In this document: piece by piece, positions 1 through 7,591 of the stretch | Layout: every line of letters starts with the position of its first letter | How positions within the stretch are numbered: the stretch's first letter is position 1 | NCBI RefSeq assembly: GCF_000020385.1 | Contig: NC_010814.1 | Span: forward strand, 1,230,001 to 1,262,000 | Origin: Trichlorobacter lovleyi SZ | Lineage (GTDB): Bacteria > Desulfobacterota > Desulfuromonadia > Geobacterales > Pseudopelobacteraceae | Length of the DNA: 32,000 nt | Direction: 5' to 3' | The notes under the pieces: generated by a model | What the model was told of the DNA's origin: nothing | The model's input: the letters and a program-made list of their open reading frames with translations, nothing else | Database searches by the model: none | Program-made: the position numbers and the translations under genes

Positions 1-32
1 ATAGACAGTTCTAAATCCGGACTTCGCCTTCC

Positions 33-60
33 CCATGCCGGTTATGCGTAACCGGCATGG
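33..60 (+). terminator. Perfect 12-bp stem with 4-nt loop; possible terminator of an off-window upstream gene or a leader structure of the cytochrome gene
   Basis: CCATGCCGGTTA-TGCG-TAACCGGCATGG read directly. No T-run follows, so the terminator role is uncertain. Confidence 0.3.
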
Positions 61-158
61 CTCCTTGCAAATGTTTCACCACCTCTCTTCTGATACCTGC
101 GCTAGACTGCTCACCAATTGTTTTTCTCTTCCATCTAAAACCACCAAGGAGGAATTGT

Positions 159-1610
159 ATGAAGCTGTGCCGTTCGTTGTTGTTGCTGGCCGGACTGCTA
201 CTGGCTGTTTCAAGCAGTGCCATAGCCGGTGTTGACCACTCTGATTTTGTTAAGGGTCCTTTCAAGGAAGGCCGTGACGTAACCAGGCAGTGTCTGGAAT
301 GCCACGAAAAACAGGCAACTGATGTCATGAAGACAACTCACTGGACCTTTGCCGGTACTCCCAACCATATCAAGGGGATGGAGAAAAGCACCAAAAAATA
401 CGGCAAGGCCAACATGATCAACAATTTCTGTACCACTGCTTTTAACGGCCCGGACGGAGTTGTCCACGAATCATGCTTTAAGTGCCATGCCGGTTATGGT
501 TGGACCCGTACCAAGTTTGACCTGACCGACAAGAGCCGGGTTGACTGTCTGGTTTGCCATGCCCAGAAAGGTAACTACGATCGCGCTGCAGCAGGTTGCG
601 ATGTGAACATGGGAGCGATGGAGAAGGGTTCCATGGATCTTGAAAAGGCAGCCAAGAGTGTTGCCAAGTCAACCCTGCAGAACTGTGGCTACTGCCACTT
701 TAACGGTGGCGGCGGTGATGCGGTTAAAAACGCCGGTCTTGACTCGACCTTGCTTGCTGCTGATAAAAAGCAGGATGTCCATATGGCCAGGAAAGAAAAG
801 GGCGGCCTGGGGATGATGTGTCAGGATTGCCACAAGACCAAGGATCATAGCGTTGCTGGTGCTTCTTCCCAGATGGCCCATTATGACAGCCGTACCAGCT
901 GTGAAGATTGCCACAGCGGCGCAAAGGCACCTCACCAGAAATCCAAAAATGCGGCTATTCTTGCAAAACATACCGCTTCGGTGGCCTGCCAGACCTGTCA
1001 TATCCCGGTCTTTAACAAGGGCCAGGCCACCAAGATGATGTGGAACTGGTCTGATGTGGGCAAAGATATCAAGGCAGAAGAGGAGTTTGACCAAGAGACC
1101 TTTGCCAAGCGTAAAGGTTCCTTCAGATGGGGTAAAAACGTGGTGCCGGTCTATGCCTGGTACAATGGCAAGATTGAGCGCTATATGGTTGGTGACAAGA
1201 TCAAAGATCCTTCCAAGCCGGTTAACATCACCAAACCGGTTGGTGATATCAAAGACAAGACTGCCAAGATCTATCCGTACAAATACTTTACCGGTACACA
1301 GCCAATGGACAGCAAATTCAAGTACCTGAACACTTTCCAGCAGTACAAGGAACTGTGGATCAATTTTGACTGGGAAAAAGCGTTGGTAAACGGGGCCAAA
1401 TGTACTGACAACTGCCTGCCCTACAGCGGCAAGCACCAGTTTGTGAAGACGGTTTCCTATATTGCTGCCCAACATGAAGTTTCACCAAAAGAAGATGCCC
1501 TGCAGTGTGGTGAATGCCATATGGGTGGCAAGCGGATGGATTGGAAAGCCTTGGGGTATAAAGCTGATCCGATGAACGTTGGCGGACGGTTCAGCGGCAG
1601 AAGGAAGTAG
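159..1610 (+). CDS. Secreted octaheme c-type cytochrome, probably tetrathionate-reductase (Otr) family
   Basis: ORF 57..1610 trimmed to ATG 159, which follows AAGGAGG (145-151). Signal peptide MKLCRSLLLLAGLLLAVSSSAIA. Eight CXXCH motifs (CLECH, CFKCH, CLVCH, CGYCH, CQDCH, CEDCH, CQTCH, CGECH). The Otr-family call rests on size and heme count from memory. Confidence 0.85.
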   Translation: MKLCRSLLLLAGLLLAVSSSAIAGVDHSDFVKGPFKEGRDVTRQCLECHEKQATDVMKTTHWTFAGTPNHIKGMEKSTKKYGKANMINNFCTTAFNGPDGVVHESCFKCHAGYGWTRTKFDLTDKSRVDCLVCHAQKGNYDRAAAGCDVNMGAMEKGSMDLEKAAKSVAKSTLQNCGYCHFNGGGGDAVKNAGLDSTLLAADKKQDVHMARKEKGGLGMMCQDCHKTKDHSVAGASSQMAHYDSRTSCEDCHSGAKAPHQKSKNAAILAKHTASVACQTCHIPVFNKGQATKMMWNWSDVGKDIKAEEEFDQETFAKRKGSFRWGKNVVPVYAWYNGKIERYMVGDKIKDPSKPVNITKPVGDIKDKTAKIYPYKYFTGTQPMDSKFKYLNTFQQYKELWINFDWEKALVNGAKCTDNCLPYSGKHQFVKTVSYIAAQHEVSPKEDALQCGECHMGGKRMDWKALGYKADPMNVGGRFSGRRK

Positions 1611-1632
1611 GTTGTAGCCGGTTGCACGCCTG

Positions 1633-1675
1633 CTGGCACCGGCAGAGCCCGGAACCCCTTTCCCGGTTGTGCCAG
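1633..1675 (+). terminator. Imperfect long hairpin after the octaheme gene (CTGGCAC ... GTGCCAG outer stem)
   Basis: 7-bp outer stem with inner CCGG/CCGG pairing 23 nt after the stop. No T-run. Confidence 0.25.
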
Positions 1676-1709
1676 CGGGTGTGCAGTTGATCCACTATGT
1701 TATTTGCCG

Positions 1710-1754
1710 TTGACTCCTGAAGTAAAAAGAGAGTATATGAGTATTTAGTCATAT
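1710..1754 (+). promoter_or_regulatory. Sigma70-like promoter (TTGACT, 17-18 nt spacer, TATATG) overlapped by a 20-bp near-palindrome, ATATGAGTATTTAGTCATAT; candidate ArsR/SmtB-type operator
   Basis: TTGACT at 1710-1715 and TATAT(G) at 1734-1739. The palindrome at 1735-1754 is symmetric at 16 of 20 positions. The half-site ATATGAGT recurs at 3702. Confidence 0.45.
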
Positions 1755-1786
1755 TGTGTATACCTCTGGCTGAACGGAGTCATCCC

Positions 1787-2734
1787 ATGATCAAATCATT
1801 TGCCGATTACCTGACCTTCACCCTGATCGGGCTACAACCCGGTTCCCACCTGGGCGAGGCACTCAATTTCTTTGTCTATGACACCCTCAAGATCTTTCTG
1901 CTGCTGACGGTTATTATTTTTTGTGTTGCGGTTATCCGGTCCTGGTTTTCTCCGGAACGGACCAGGCGCATTCTGTCCCACAACCGTGAGTACGTTGGCA
2001 ACGTATTGGCCGCCCTGCTGGGCACGGTCACCCCTTTTTGTTCCTGTTCGGCAGTGCCGCTCTTTATCGGTTTTGTTGAGTCCGGTGTGCCGCTTGGCGT
2101 GACCTTTTCGTTTCTGGTTTCGGCTCCAATGGTGAATGAGGTAGCCCTGATCATGCTCTGGGGTATGTTCGGCTGGAAGATTGCCCTGATCTACATCGGC
2201 ACCGGCTTGCTGGTGGCGATTGTCTCCGGGATTGTGATCGGCAGACTGAAGATGGAAAAGCATGTGCAGGATTACGTCTGGCAGATCAAGGTGGGCGAGG
2301 GTGAGGTTGTAGAACAAACCTTTCGTGAGAAGCTGGTCTATGCCCGTGATTACACGCGCGATCTGCTGAAGAAGATCTGGCCCTATGTAGTGATCGGGGT
2401 CGGCCTGGGCGCCTTTATCCACGGCTATGTGCCCCAGGACTTTCTGGTGCGCTGGGCAGGCAGGGACAACCCGTTTGCAGTACCGGTTGCCGTTGCCCTG
2501 GGGGTGCCGCTTTACAGTAATGCTGCCGGCGTGATTCCGATCGTACAGGCCCTGATGAGCAAGGGGATGGCGATTGGTACGGTGCTGGCCTTCATGATGG
2601 CGGTCACGGCCTTATCCCTGCCGGAGGCCGTGATCCTGAGTAATGTGTTGAAGCGGAAACTGCTGGTTACCTTTTTTGGTATTGTGGCTGTGGCTATCAT
2701 GATTGTGGGGTATCTGTTCAATCTGATTTTGTGA
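1787..2734 (+). CDS. COG0701-type permease (ArsP-like, two-domain membrane protein)
   Basis: ORF 1754..2734 trimmed to ATG 1787 (MIKSFADY...). Multi-TM hydrophobic profile and a TPFCSCSAVP motif typical of this permease family. This family is commonly found beside redox-active disulfide protein 2 and ArsR. Confidence 0.8.
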   Translation: MIKSFADYLTFTLIGLQPGSHLGEALNFFVYDTLKIFLLLTVIIFCVAVIRSWFSPERTRRILSHNREYVGNVLAALLGTVTPFCSCSAVPLFIGFVESGVPLGVTFSFLVSAPMVNEVALIMLWGMFGWKIALIYIGTGLLVAIVSGIVIGRLKMEKHVQDYVWQIKVGEGEVVEQTFREKLVYARDYTRDLLKKIWPYVVIGVGLGAFIHGYVPQDFLVRWAGRDNPFAVPVAVALGVPLYSNAAGVIPIVQALMSKGMAIGTVLAFMMAVTALSLPEAVILSNVLKRKLLVTFFGIVAVAIMIVGYLFNLIL

Positions 2735-2741
2735 GGTACTC

Positions 2742-3017
2742 ATGAAGCATCCGTCTGTTACACCAAATATTCTGGATGCACCTGATGACGAGATTATCTG
2801 TTGGTGTGCAAAGGTTAGCAAGGGGGCGGTGTGCGATGCTATTGCCGATGGTGCTGATACACTGGACAAACTGCATGAACAGCTCGGTATTCTCAGAGGT
2901 GCCCTGTGTGCAGAGAAATCTCCGCGTGGCCGTTGCTGTTGTCAGGAAGTAGTAGCTCTGCTCACCCACAGTGCCCTGTGCAGGGCACGACGGCGAGGGG
3001 CGTTGCAGGCAGCATAA
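2742..3017 (+). CDS. Small BFD-like [2Fe-2S]-binding domain protein (Cys form)
   Basis: ICWCAKVSKGAV...SPRGRCCCQEV: a CxC plus distal Cys pattern like the bacterioferritin-associated-ferredoxin-like domain. Starts 8 nt after the permease stop. Paralog of the 10839..11039 gene. Confidence 0.7.
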   Translation: MKHPSVTPNILDAPDDEIICWCAKVSKGAVCDAIADGADTLDKLHEQLGILRGALCAEKSPRGRCCCQEVVALLTHSALCRARRRGALQAA

Positions 3018-3039
3018 AACGAGAAGGGAGGATCGGATT

Positions 3040-3402
3040 ATGTCAGCTAAAAAGGGGTTTGTGTTGTGTGTCTGCCAGGGGACTTGTCCCAGTTTTACCA
3101 AGATGGATATCTTCGGGGTGTTGGCCGATGTGCGGCGGGAAAAGATCTTTGATTACGTCTGTCTGCATCCCCAGCTCTGTGTTGGTGATGGCGAGGAGTT
3201 TCTGAAGGTGCTGCTCTCCGGTGGTGAAACCGAAAAACTGTACATCGCGGCCTGTGATCCACAGATGCAGTGCAAGATGTACCGCGATGCCTTCGAGGCG
3301 GTTGGCTTTGACAAGGCCAATCATGTCGCCCTGGATATCCGCAACAAGACCACCGAAGAGGCCGTGGCAGCCATCAAGGCAATGGCTGTCAATAACCCCT
3401 GA
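3040..3402 (+). CDS. Cysteine-rich cytoplasmic protein, putative Fe-S/redox protein (weak resemblance to MvhD/HdrA-associated domains)
   Basis: ORF 2971..3402 trimmed to ATG 3040, which follows GGGAGGA (3026-3032). Motifs: FVLCVCQGTCPSF, VCLHPQLC, IAACDPQMQC. Confidence 0.65.
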   Translation: MSAKKGFVLCVCQGTCPSFTKMDIFGVLADVRREKIFDYVCLHPQLCVGDGEEFLKVLLSGGETEKLYIAACDPQMQCKMYRDAFEAVGFDKANHVALDIRNKTTEEAVAAIKAMAVNNP

Positions 3403-3414
3403 AGGGAGCAAGCC

Positions 3415-3699
3415 ATGAGCGAGTGGCGCGGCATACCCCGTGAAGAGATCCCCTGGTTTCCGACGGTTGATGCAGAAAAGTGTATCGGCTGCCGGGAGTG
3501 TGTCAATTTCTGCCGAAACAATGTGCTGACCTTTGATGAGTCAACCGGCAAGACCGTGGTGGTGAATCCGTACAACTGTGTGGTGGAGTGCCGTACCTGC
3601 TCCCGGCTCTGTCCGGTGGATGCCATCAATTTTCCTGATGAAATGGAATTTACAGCCTTGGTCAAAAAACTGCTGAATAATCGCTCAATTAATTCTTGA
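3415..3699 (+). CDS. 4Fe-4S dicluster-type ferredoxin domain protein
   Basis: CIGCRECVNFC and CVVECRTCSRLCP motifs. GGGAG lies 7 nt upstream of the ATG. Confidence 0.85.
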   Translation: MSEWRGIPREEIPWFPTVDAEKCIGCRECVNFCRNNVLTFDESTGKTVVVNPYNCVVECRTCSRLCPVDAINFPDEMEFTALVKKLLNNRSINS

Positions 3700-3701
3700 G
3701 C

Positions 3702-3734
3702 ATATGAGTTATTATTCATGATTATTCATAATTG
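3702..3734 (+). promoter_or_regulatory. Second copy of the ATATGAGT half-site in an AT-rich region with tandem ATTATTCAT repeats; candidate operator/promoter for the 3820-onward genes
   Basis: ATATGAGTTATTATTCAT (3702-3719) followed by GATTATTCATAATTG. Imperfect dyad ATGAGT-N4-ATTCAT. It also has Fur-box-like ATWAT periodicity. Confidence 0.35.
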
Positions 3735-3819
3735 CTGCACAGGTTTTTCATAAAGGCAATGTAATGTGGAAACAACCGGAGAATAGTCTCCGGCGTAACC
3801 CCACAAGGAGGATCAAGCT

Positions 3820-4128
3820 ATGAAAACGATCATCACCACCGTTGCACTGACCCTGGCCCTTGCCATGAGCTTTGCCGTTGCCGAGGCCCGTCCCTATCGC
3901 TGGCAGGGCAACCAGCAGAACACCTACGGCTGGCAGTTGATGACCGCTGATGAGCGGACCGAACATCAGGCCAAGCTGCGCAGCTTCACTGAGTACACTG
4001 CCTGCAAGGAATATGTAGATGAACACCACAAAAAAATGGAAGAGCGTGCCAAGGAAAAAGGGATCACCACCCCGATGGTCAAACGTAACCCTTGTGATCT
4101 CTTGAAGGCCCGTGGTGTGCTGAAATAA
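3820..4128 (+). CDS. Small secreted helical protein with two Cys and a His-rich patch (function unknown; faint Spy/CpxP/ZraP-like flavour)
   Basis: AAGGAGGA RBS. Signal peptide MKTIITTVALTLALAMSFAVAEA. DEHHKKMEE patch. Confidence 0.7.
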   Translation: MKTIITTVALTLALAMSFAVAEARPYRWQGNQQNTYGWQLMTADERTEHQAKLRSFTEYTACKEYVDEHHKKMEERAKEKGITTPMVKRNPCDLLKARGVLK

Positions 4129-4190
4129 CAGATCCCTGACGGCGTGCCTCGTTCATGCGAGGTGCGCCGTATTACTTCCACGGAGCGCAG

Positions 4191-4460
4191 ATGGAACGAA
4201 AATATCTTGAGCTGATCGGTATCGCTGCCTCTATCGGTAGTGAATGCCCAGATTGACTGGACTGGCACCTGAATGCTGCCCGTGAGGCAGGCGCAACCGA
4301 CAATGAACTGAAAGAAACCATCAGAATGTCCCAACGGGTACGCACCGTCACACTGGATAGCCATACCCGCTTTACCGCAAAAGTCATGGAGCTGTTGAAG
4401 CAGTTACCAAATGAAGCAACCGCTGAAGGGACGGCGGATCATACCACCCAAGGAGCATGA
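4191..4460 (+). CDS. AhpD-like (carboxymuconolactone decarboxylase family core) selenoprotein with a C-P-D-U motif; TGA 4254-4256 read as Sec
   Basis: Not in the ORF track because of the in-frame TGA. Translation: MERKYLELIGIAASIGSECPDULDWHLNAAREAGATDNELKETIRMSQRV... This matches the AhpD core pattern (LI.iA.s...C..C...H...A...Ga...El.E). It fills an otherwise empty 335-nt gap. The next gene's RBS and ATG sit right at its stop. Confidence 0.75.
4274..4293 (+). promoter_or_regulatory. Candidate bacterial SECIS hairpin for TGA 4254
   Basis: CUGCC-CGUGA-GGCAG (4276-4290), extendable by 2 bp with one bulge. The loop starts 24 nt after the TGA. This is a modest stem. Confidence 0.4.
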
Positions 4461-4463
4461 ATC

Positions 4464-4691
4464 ATGAAACTGGAAGTGTTGGGCACCGGCTGTGCCAAGT
4501 GCAAGACCCTGCTTGAAAACGTCAAGAAGGCCGTTGAGACCTCTGGTAAAGAGGCGGAGATCGTCAAGGTTGAGGATATCCCTTCAATCATGAAGTACGG
4601 TGTGATGAGTACCCCGGCCCTGGTTAAGGACGGCAAGGTGCTGTTTTCCGGCAAGCTGGCCACACCTGAAGAGATTGCGGGGATGCTCTGA
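4464..4691 (+). CDS. Thioredoxin-fold redox-active disulfide protein 2 family (small cytoplasmic CxxC protein)
   Basis: MKLEVLGTGCAKCKTL... with GCAKC active site. 75 aa. Typical partner of COG0701 permeases. Confidence 0.85.
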   Translation: MKLEVLGTGCAKCKTLLENVKKAVETSGKEAEIVKVEDIPSIMKYGVMSTPALVKDGKVLFSGKLATPEEIAGML

Positions 4692-5068
4692 TGCGGATCG
4701 TCTTGACACTTCTTTGTCTCTTGTTGACAAGCAGCGCCTTTGCTGAACTCCCCTCCGGCAATCAGTTCACTATCCAGGCTGCTCTGGCCTCCGGCAAACC
4801 CACCCTTGTTGATTTCGGCGCCCGCAGCTGCATCCCTTGCAAAAAGATGGCCCCGATTCTGGAGCAGCTGGAAAAGGAATACAAAGGTCGCGCCAATGTG
4901 ATCTTCGTGGATGTCTGGCAGGACAACAAAATCGGCGGTAATTACCGGGTACAGATGATTCCCACTCAGATCTTCTTTGATGCCAATGGCAAGGAATCAG
5001 GTCGCCATATTGGTTTCCTGGATCGCCAGCCGATTATTGATACCTTCAAAAAACTGGGTGTGAAGTGA
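4691..5068 (+). CDS. Periplasmic thioredoxin (CIPC active site) with signal peptide
   Basis: TGATG overlap with the previous gene. Signal peptide MRIVLTLLCLLLTSSAFA. VDFGARSCIPCKKMAP motif. Confidence 0.85.
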   Translation: MRIVLTLLCLLLTSSAFAELPSGNQFTIQAALASGKPTLVDFGARSCIPCKKMAPILEQLEKEYKGRANVIFVDVWQDNKIGGNYRVQMIPTQIFFDANGKESGRHIGFLDRQPIIDTFKKLGVK

Positions 5069-5748
5069 GCTTTCTGGACAACATTGAGCAGATCGTCACC
5101 CTCTATCCGATCCTGGCCTTTGGAGCGGTCTTTCTGGCCGGTGTTGTGTCGTCGGCTTCCCCCTGTGTATTGGCTACCATCCCGCTGGTGGTCGGCTTTG
5201 TGGGGGGCTATGCCGATGGCGACCGCAAGAAGGCGTTCAGCTATTCTCTCTCTTTTATCCTGGGACTTTCACTGACCTTCACCGCATTTGGCATGGCTGC
5301 CGGGCTGCTGGGCACCATGTTCGGCACCATGGGGGGCTGGTGGTACGTGGCCGCCGGTATCGTCGCGTTGGTGATGGGGGGGCAGATGATCGGCCTGTAC
5401 GAAATCCGGCTGCCGATCAAGCGGGAGTTCAAACCGAAGCAGGGGGGGATCGTCGGTTCGTTCCTGCTGGGCCTGTTCTTCGGCGTGGTTTCCTCTCCCT
5501 GTGCTACCCCGGTGCTGGTGGTGATTCTGACCTATGTGGCCACCAAGGGACAGATGCTGTACGGCGCAGCATTACTGTTCACCTATGCGGTGGGACACTG
5601 CCTGCTGATGCTCTTTGCCGGAACCTTTACCGGGTTTATCGAGGCCTTTGTCAAACAACAGGGGATTGTCAACTTTTCCACCCGAGTCAAGCAGTTCGGT
5701 GGCGTGGTGGTGGCCGGGGTTGGTGTCTATCTGCTTTGGAATGCCTGA
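5065..5748 (+). CDS. ccdA: CcdA/DsbD-family transmembrane thiol-disulfide electron transporter
   Basis: GTG start overlapping the upstream stop (GTGA). Two membrane-embedded SPC(V/A) motifs (SSASPCVLATIP, VSSPCATPVL). Six-TM profile. Confidence 0.8.
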   Translation: MSFLDNIEQIVTLYPILAFGAVFLAGVVSSASPCVLATIPLVVGFVGGYADGDRKKAFSYSLSFILGLSLTFTAFGMAAGLLGTMFGTMGGWWYVAAGIVALVMGGQMIGLYEIRLPIKREFKPKQGGIVGSFLLGLFFGVVSSPCATPVLVVILTYVATKGQMLYGAALLFTYAVGHCLLMLFAGTFTGFIEAFVKQQGIVNFSTRVKQFGGVVVAGVGVYLLWNA

Positions 5749-5788
5749 AGGAACAGCTGCAAGAGCGATAATTGACAAGGAACTGACC

Positions 5789-6760
5789 ATGTCTGATCAA
5801 TCAACATTCAACCTGCATCTGCGGGGATTCATCTCGCTTTTGACCGCATTGAGCTTTTTGATCATGACCGTTTCCGGTGTGATCCTGTTTATTACCCCTC
5901 AGGGAAGGGTGGCCTACTGGCTGGACTGGACCTTTTGGGGGATCAGCAAGTCGCAGTGGGGAGATATGCATATCACCACCAGCCTGCTGTTTGCCCTGGC
6001 CGGCTTGTGGCATACCTGGTTGAACTGGCGGGCACTGGTCAGCTATTTCCACGACAAGCTCAAAAAGACGGTGGCCCTGAAGTGGGAACTGACAATTGCC
6101 GTACTGATCACCATCTTCTGTACGGTGGGGGGGATCTACAAGACGCCGCCGCTCAGCTATGTCCTTGAGCTGAACGACTGGATCAAGGACGCCTGGGTCA
6201 CAAGCCCGGATGATGAGCCGGTTATCAGTCATGCGGAACTGCTGCCGCTCAAAAACTTCCTGAAAAAGGTGGATGTTGAACTGGAACCTGCCCTGGCTGA
6301 GCTGAAAAAGCAGGGCATAGCGGTCAGCGGACCTGATCAGAAGCTGCTGGATATTGCGAGAACTAACGGCAAGTCGCCGGCAGCCATCTACAAGCTGCTG
6401 AAACCGCTGGAAGGGAAATCTGCAGCCCAGACCCCATCTGTGCCGGTTGTCCCGGCTGTTCAGCAACCTTTAAAGCCGGTAACACCTGCCACACCGGCCG
6501 GAACCGGGCATATGCCGGCAAGGCAGCGCTGGACCGCCGAGCTGGTGCAGCAGCAGTTTGAAGGTAAAGGTGTGGGGCGCAAGACCTTGGCCGCTGTCTG
6601 TCAGGAACAGCAGCTTGACCAGGCGGCAATCATCAGAAAACTTGCAGCCCGCAAGATCAACGCAGCACCGGATGATACCCTGAAAAGACTTGGCGATGAG
6701 AGCGGTGAACTGCCGCTAGAACTGCTGAAAATTATCCTTGTCGGAGAACAGCGAAATTGA
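5789..6760 (+). CDS. Membrane protein with an N-terminal DUF4405-like 4-TM domain and a duplicated soluble C-terminal module
   Basis: ORF 5615..6760 trimmed to ATG 5789 (AAGGA upstream). TM region with conserved His (WGDMHITTSLLF, LWHTWLNW). C-terminal half described in findings. Confidence 0.7.
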   Translation: MSDQSTFNLHLRGFISLLTALSFLIMTVSGVILFITPQGRVAYWLDWTFWGISKSQWGDMHITTSLLFALAGLWHTWLNWRALVSYFHDKLKKTVALKWELTIAVLITIFCTVGGIYKTPPLSYVLELNDWIKDAWVTSPDDEPVISHAELLPLKNFLKKVDVELEPALAELKKQGIAVSGPDQKLLDIARTNGKSPAAIYKLLKPLEGKSAAQTPSVPVVPAVQQPLKPVTPATPAGTGHMPARQRWTAELVQQQFEGKGVGRKTLAAVCQEQQLDQAAIIRKLAARKINAAPDDTLKRLGDESGELPLELLKIILVGEQRN

Positions 6761-6790
6761 TTACAAACATTGTCTGAGGGAGAAATAGTT

Positions 6791-7258
6791 ATGCAACGTA
6801 CGTTCGTTCTTATCCTGTTGGTGCTTGGGCTTTTCGTGCTGCCCGCTGCTGCGGCTGAAGAGGTCTTTGATCGCTTTCTGGCCGGATTTGACTACGATAC
6901 CCGGGCTGATATGAAGACCGACAGCAAGCGGTTGATCAAACTGCTTGAGGAGAAAAAGGCGGTGCTGGTGGATATCCGCTTTCCTGAGGAGACCAGGGCC
7001 TGGCGGATGGGGTTTGGTCTGTTTATTCCGCTTAATGAGCTGCCCAAACGTCTTGCCGAACTGCCCAAGGACAAGATCATCGTCACCGCCTGTCCCCACA
7101 AGGACCGTTCCTCGATTGCTATGGCCTATCTGCGCACCAAAGGCTATAATGCGCGCTACCTGACCGACGGGCTGATTGGTCTGGCTGAAAACCTGCGGGG
7201 CGATACTGCCAAGGACTTTTTGGAAGACGCCGGTTTGGCACCGGCTGGAAAGAAGTGA
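6791..7258 (+). CDS. Periplasmic single-domain rhodanese-like sulfurtransferase
   Basis: ORF trimmed to ATG 6791. Signal peptide MQRTFVLILLVLGLFVLPAAAA. Active-site loop CPHKDRS (CX4R). Confidence 0.8.
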   Translation: MQRTFVLILLVLGLFVLPAAAAEEVFDRFLAGFDYDTRADMKTDSKRLIKLLEEKKAVLVDIRFPEETRAWRMGFGLFIPLNELPKRLAELPKDKIIVTACPHKDRSSIAMAYLRTKGYNARYLTDGLIGLAENLRGDTAKDFLEDAGLAPAGKK

Positions 7259-7572
7259 GCATGCTGAATACCCTGGAGTACAGCGCTGACGTGCTGAAGG
7301 CGATCTCGCAGCCGACCCGCTTAAGGATCATCGAACTGTTGCGGGATGGTGAGCATTGTGTCTGCGAGATCTTTCCGGCGATCGGGCATGAACAGTCCAA
7401 CACCTCCCGTCACCTGCAGATGATGCTGAAGAGCGGTATCCTTAACCAGCGCAAGGATGGGCTGAAGATCTACTACTCCCTGCGGCACCCGGAGGTGCTG
7501 GAGATAGTACGGCTGGCCGGTCTGATTGCCGCTCATGAGGCAACGCAACGGGCTGCGCTGTTTACCAGGTAG
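7255..7572 (+). CDS. ArsR/SmtB-family metalloregulatory repressor
   Basis: ISQPTRLRIIELL...GEHCVCEI...SNTSRHLQMML winged-HTH pattern. GTG 7255 overlaps the upstream stop; ATG 7261 is an alternative start. Confidence 0.85.
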   Translation: MSMLNTLEYSADVLKAISQPTRLRIIELLRDGEHCVCEIFPAIGHEQSNTSRHLQMMLKSGILNQRKDGLKIYYSLRHPEVLEIVRLAGLIAAHEATQRAALFTR

Positions 7573-7591
7573 TCTGAGAAAAGGGAGGAGT

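Noticed and set aside
57-158. N-terminal extensions offered by the ORF track (57..158 here; likewise 1754, 2971, 5615, 6770, 7526, 16475, 18258, 18647, 21324, 21521, 22508 and 30535).
   Set aside because: In each case an internal ATG or GTG directly follows a Shine-Dalgarno-like sequence and begins a proper signal peptide or conserved N-terminus. The extensions overlap upstream genes or intergenic structures.
669-1475. 268-aa ORF antisense to the octaheme cytochrome gene. Similar long antisense ORFs occur at 1832..2422, 8407..9171, 16510..17283, 18851..19702, 23680..24387, 27291..28466 and 29366..29977.
   Set aside because: Each lies fully inside a strongly supported gene on the other strand. 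They have no recognisable motifs or RBS and low-complexity, Arg/Gly/Pro-rich composition typical of shadow ORFs in GC-rich DNA.
3966-4387. Minus-strand ORFs 3966..4364 and 4172..4387 covering the gap between the secreted-protein gene and the thioredoxin-fold gene.
   Set aside because: They run opposite to the operon direction and have no motifs. The + strand with TGA read as Sec gives a clean AhpD-family protein with an RBS and coupling to the next gene.
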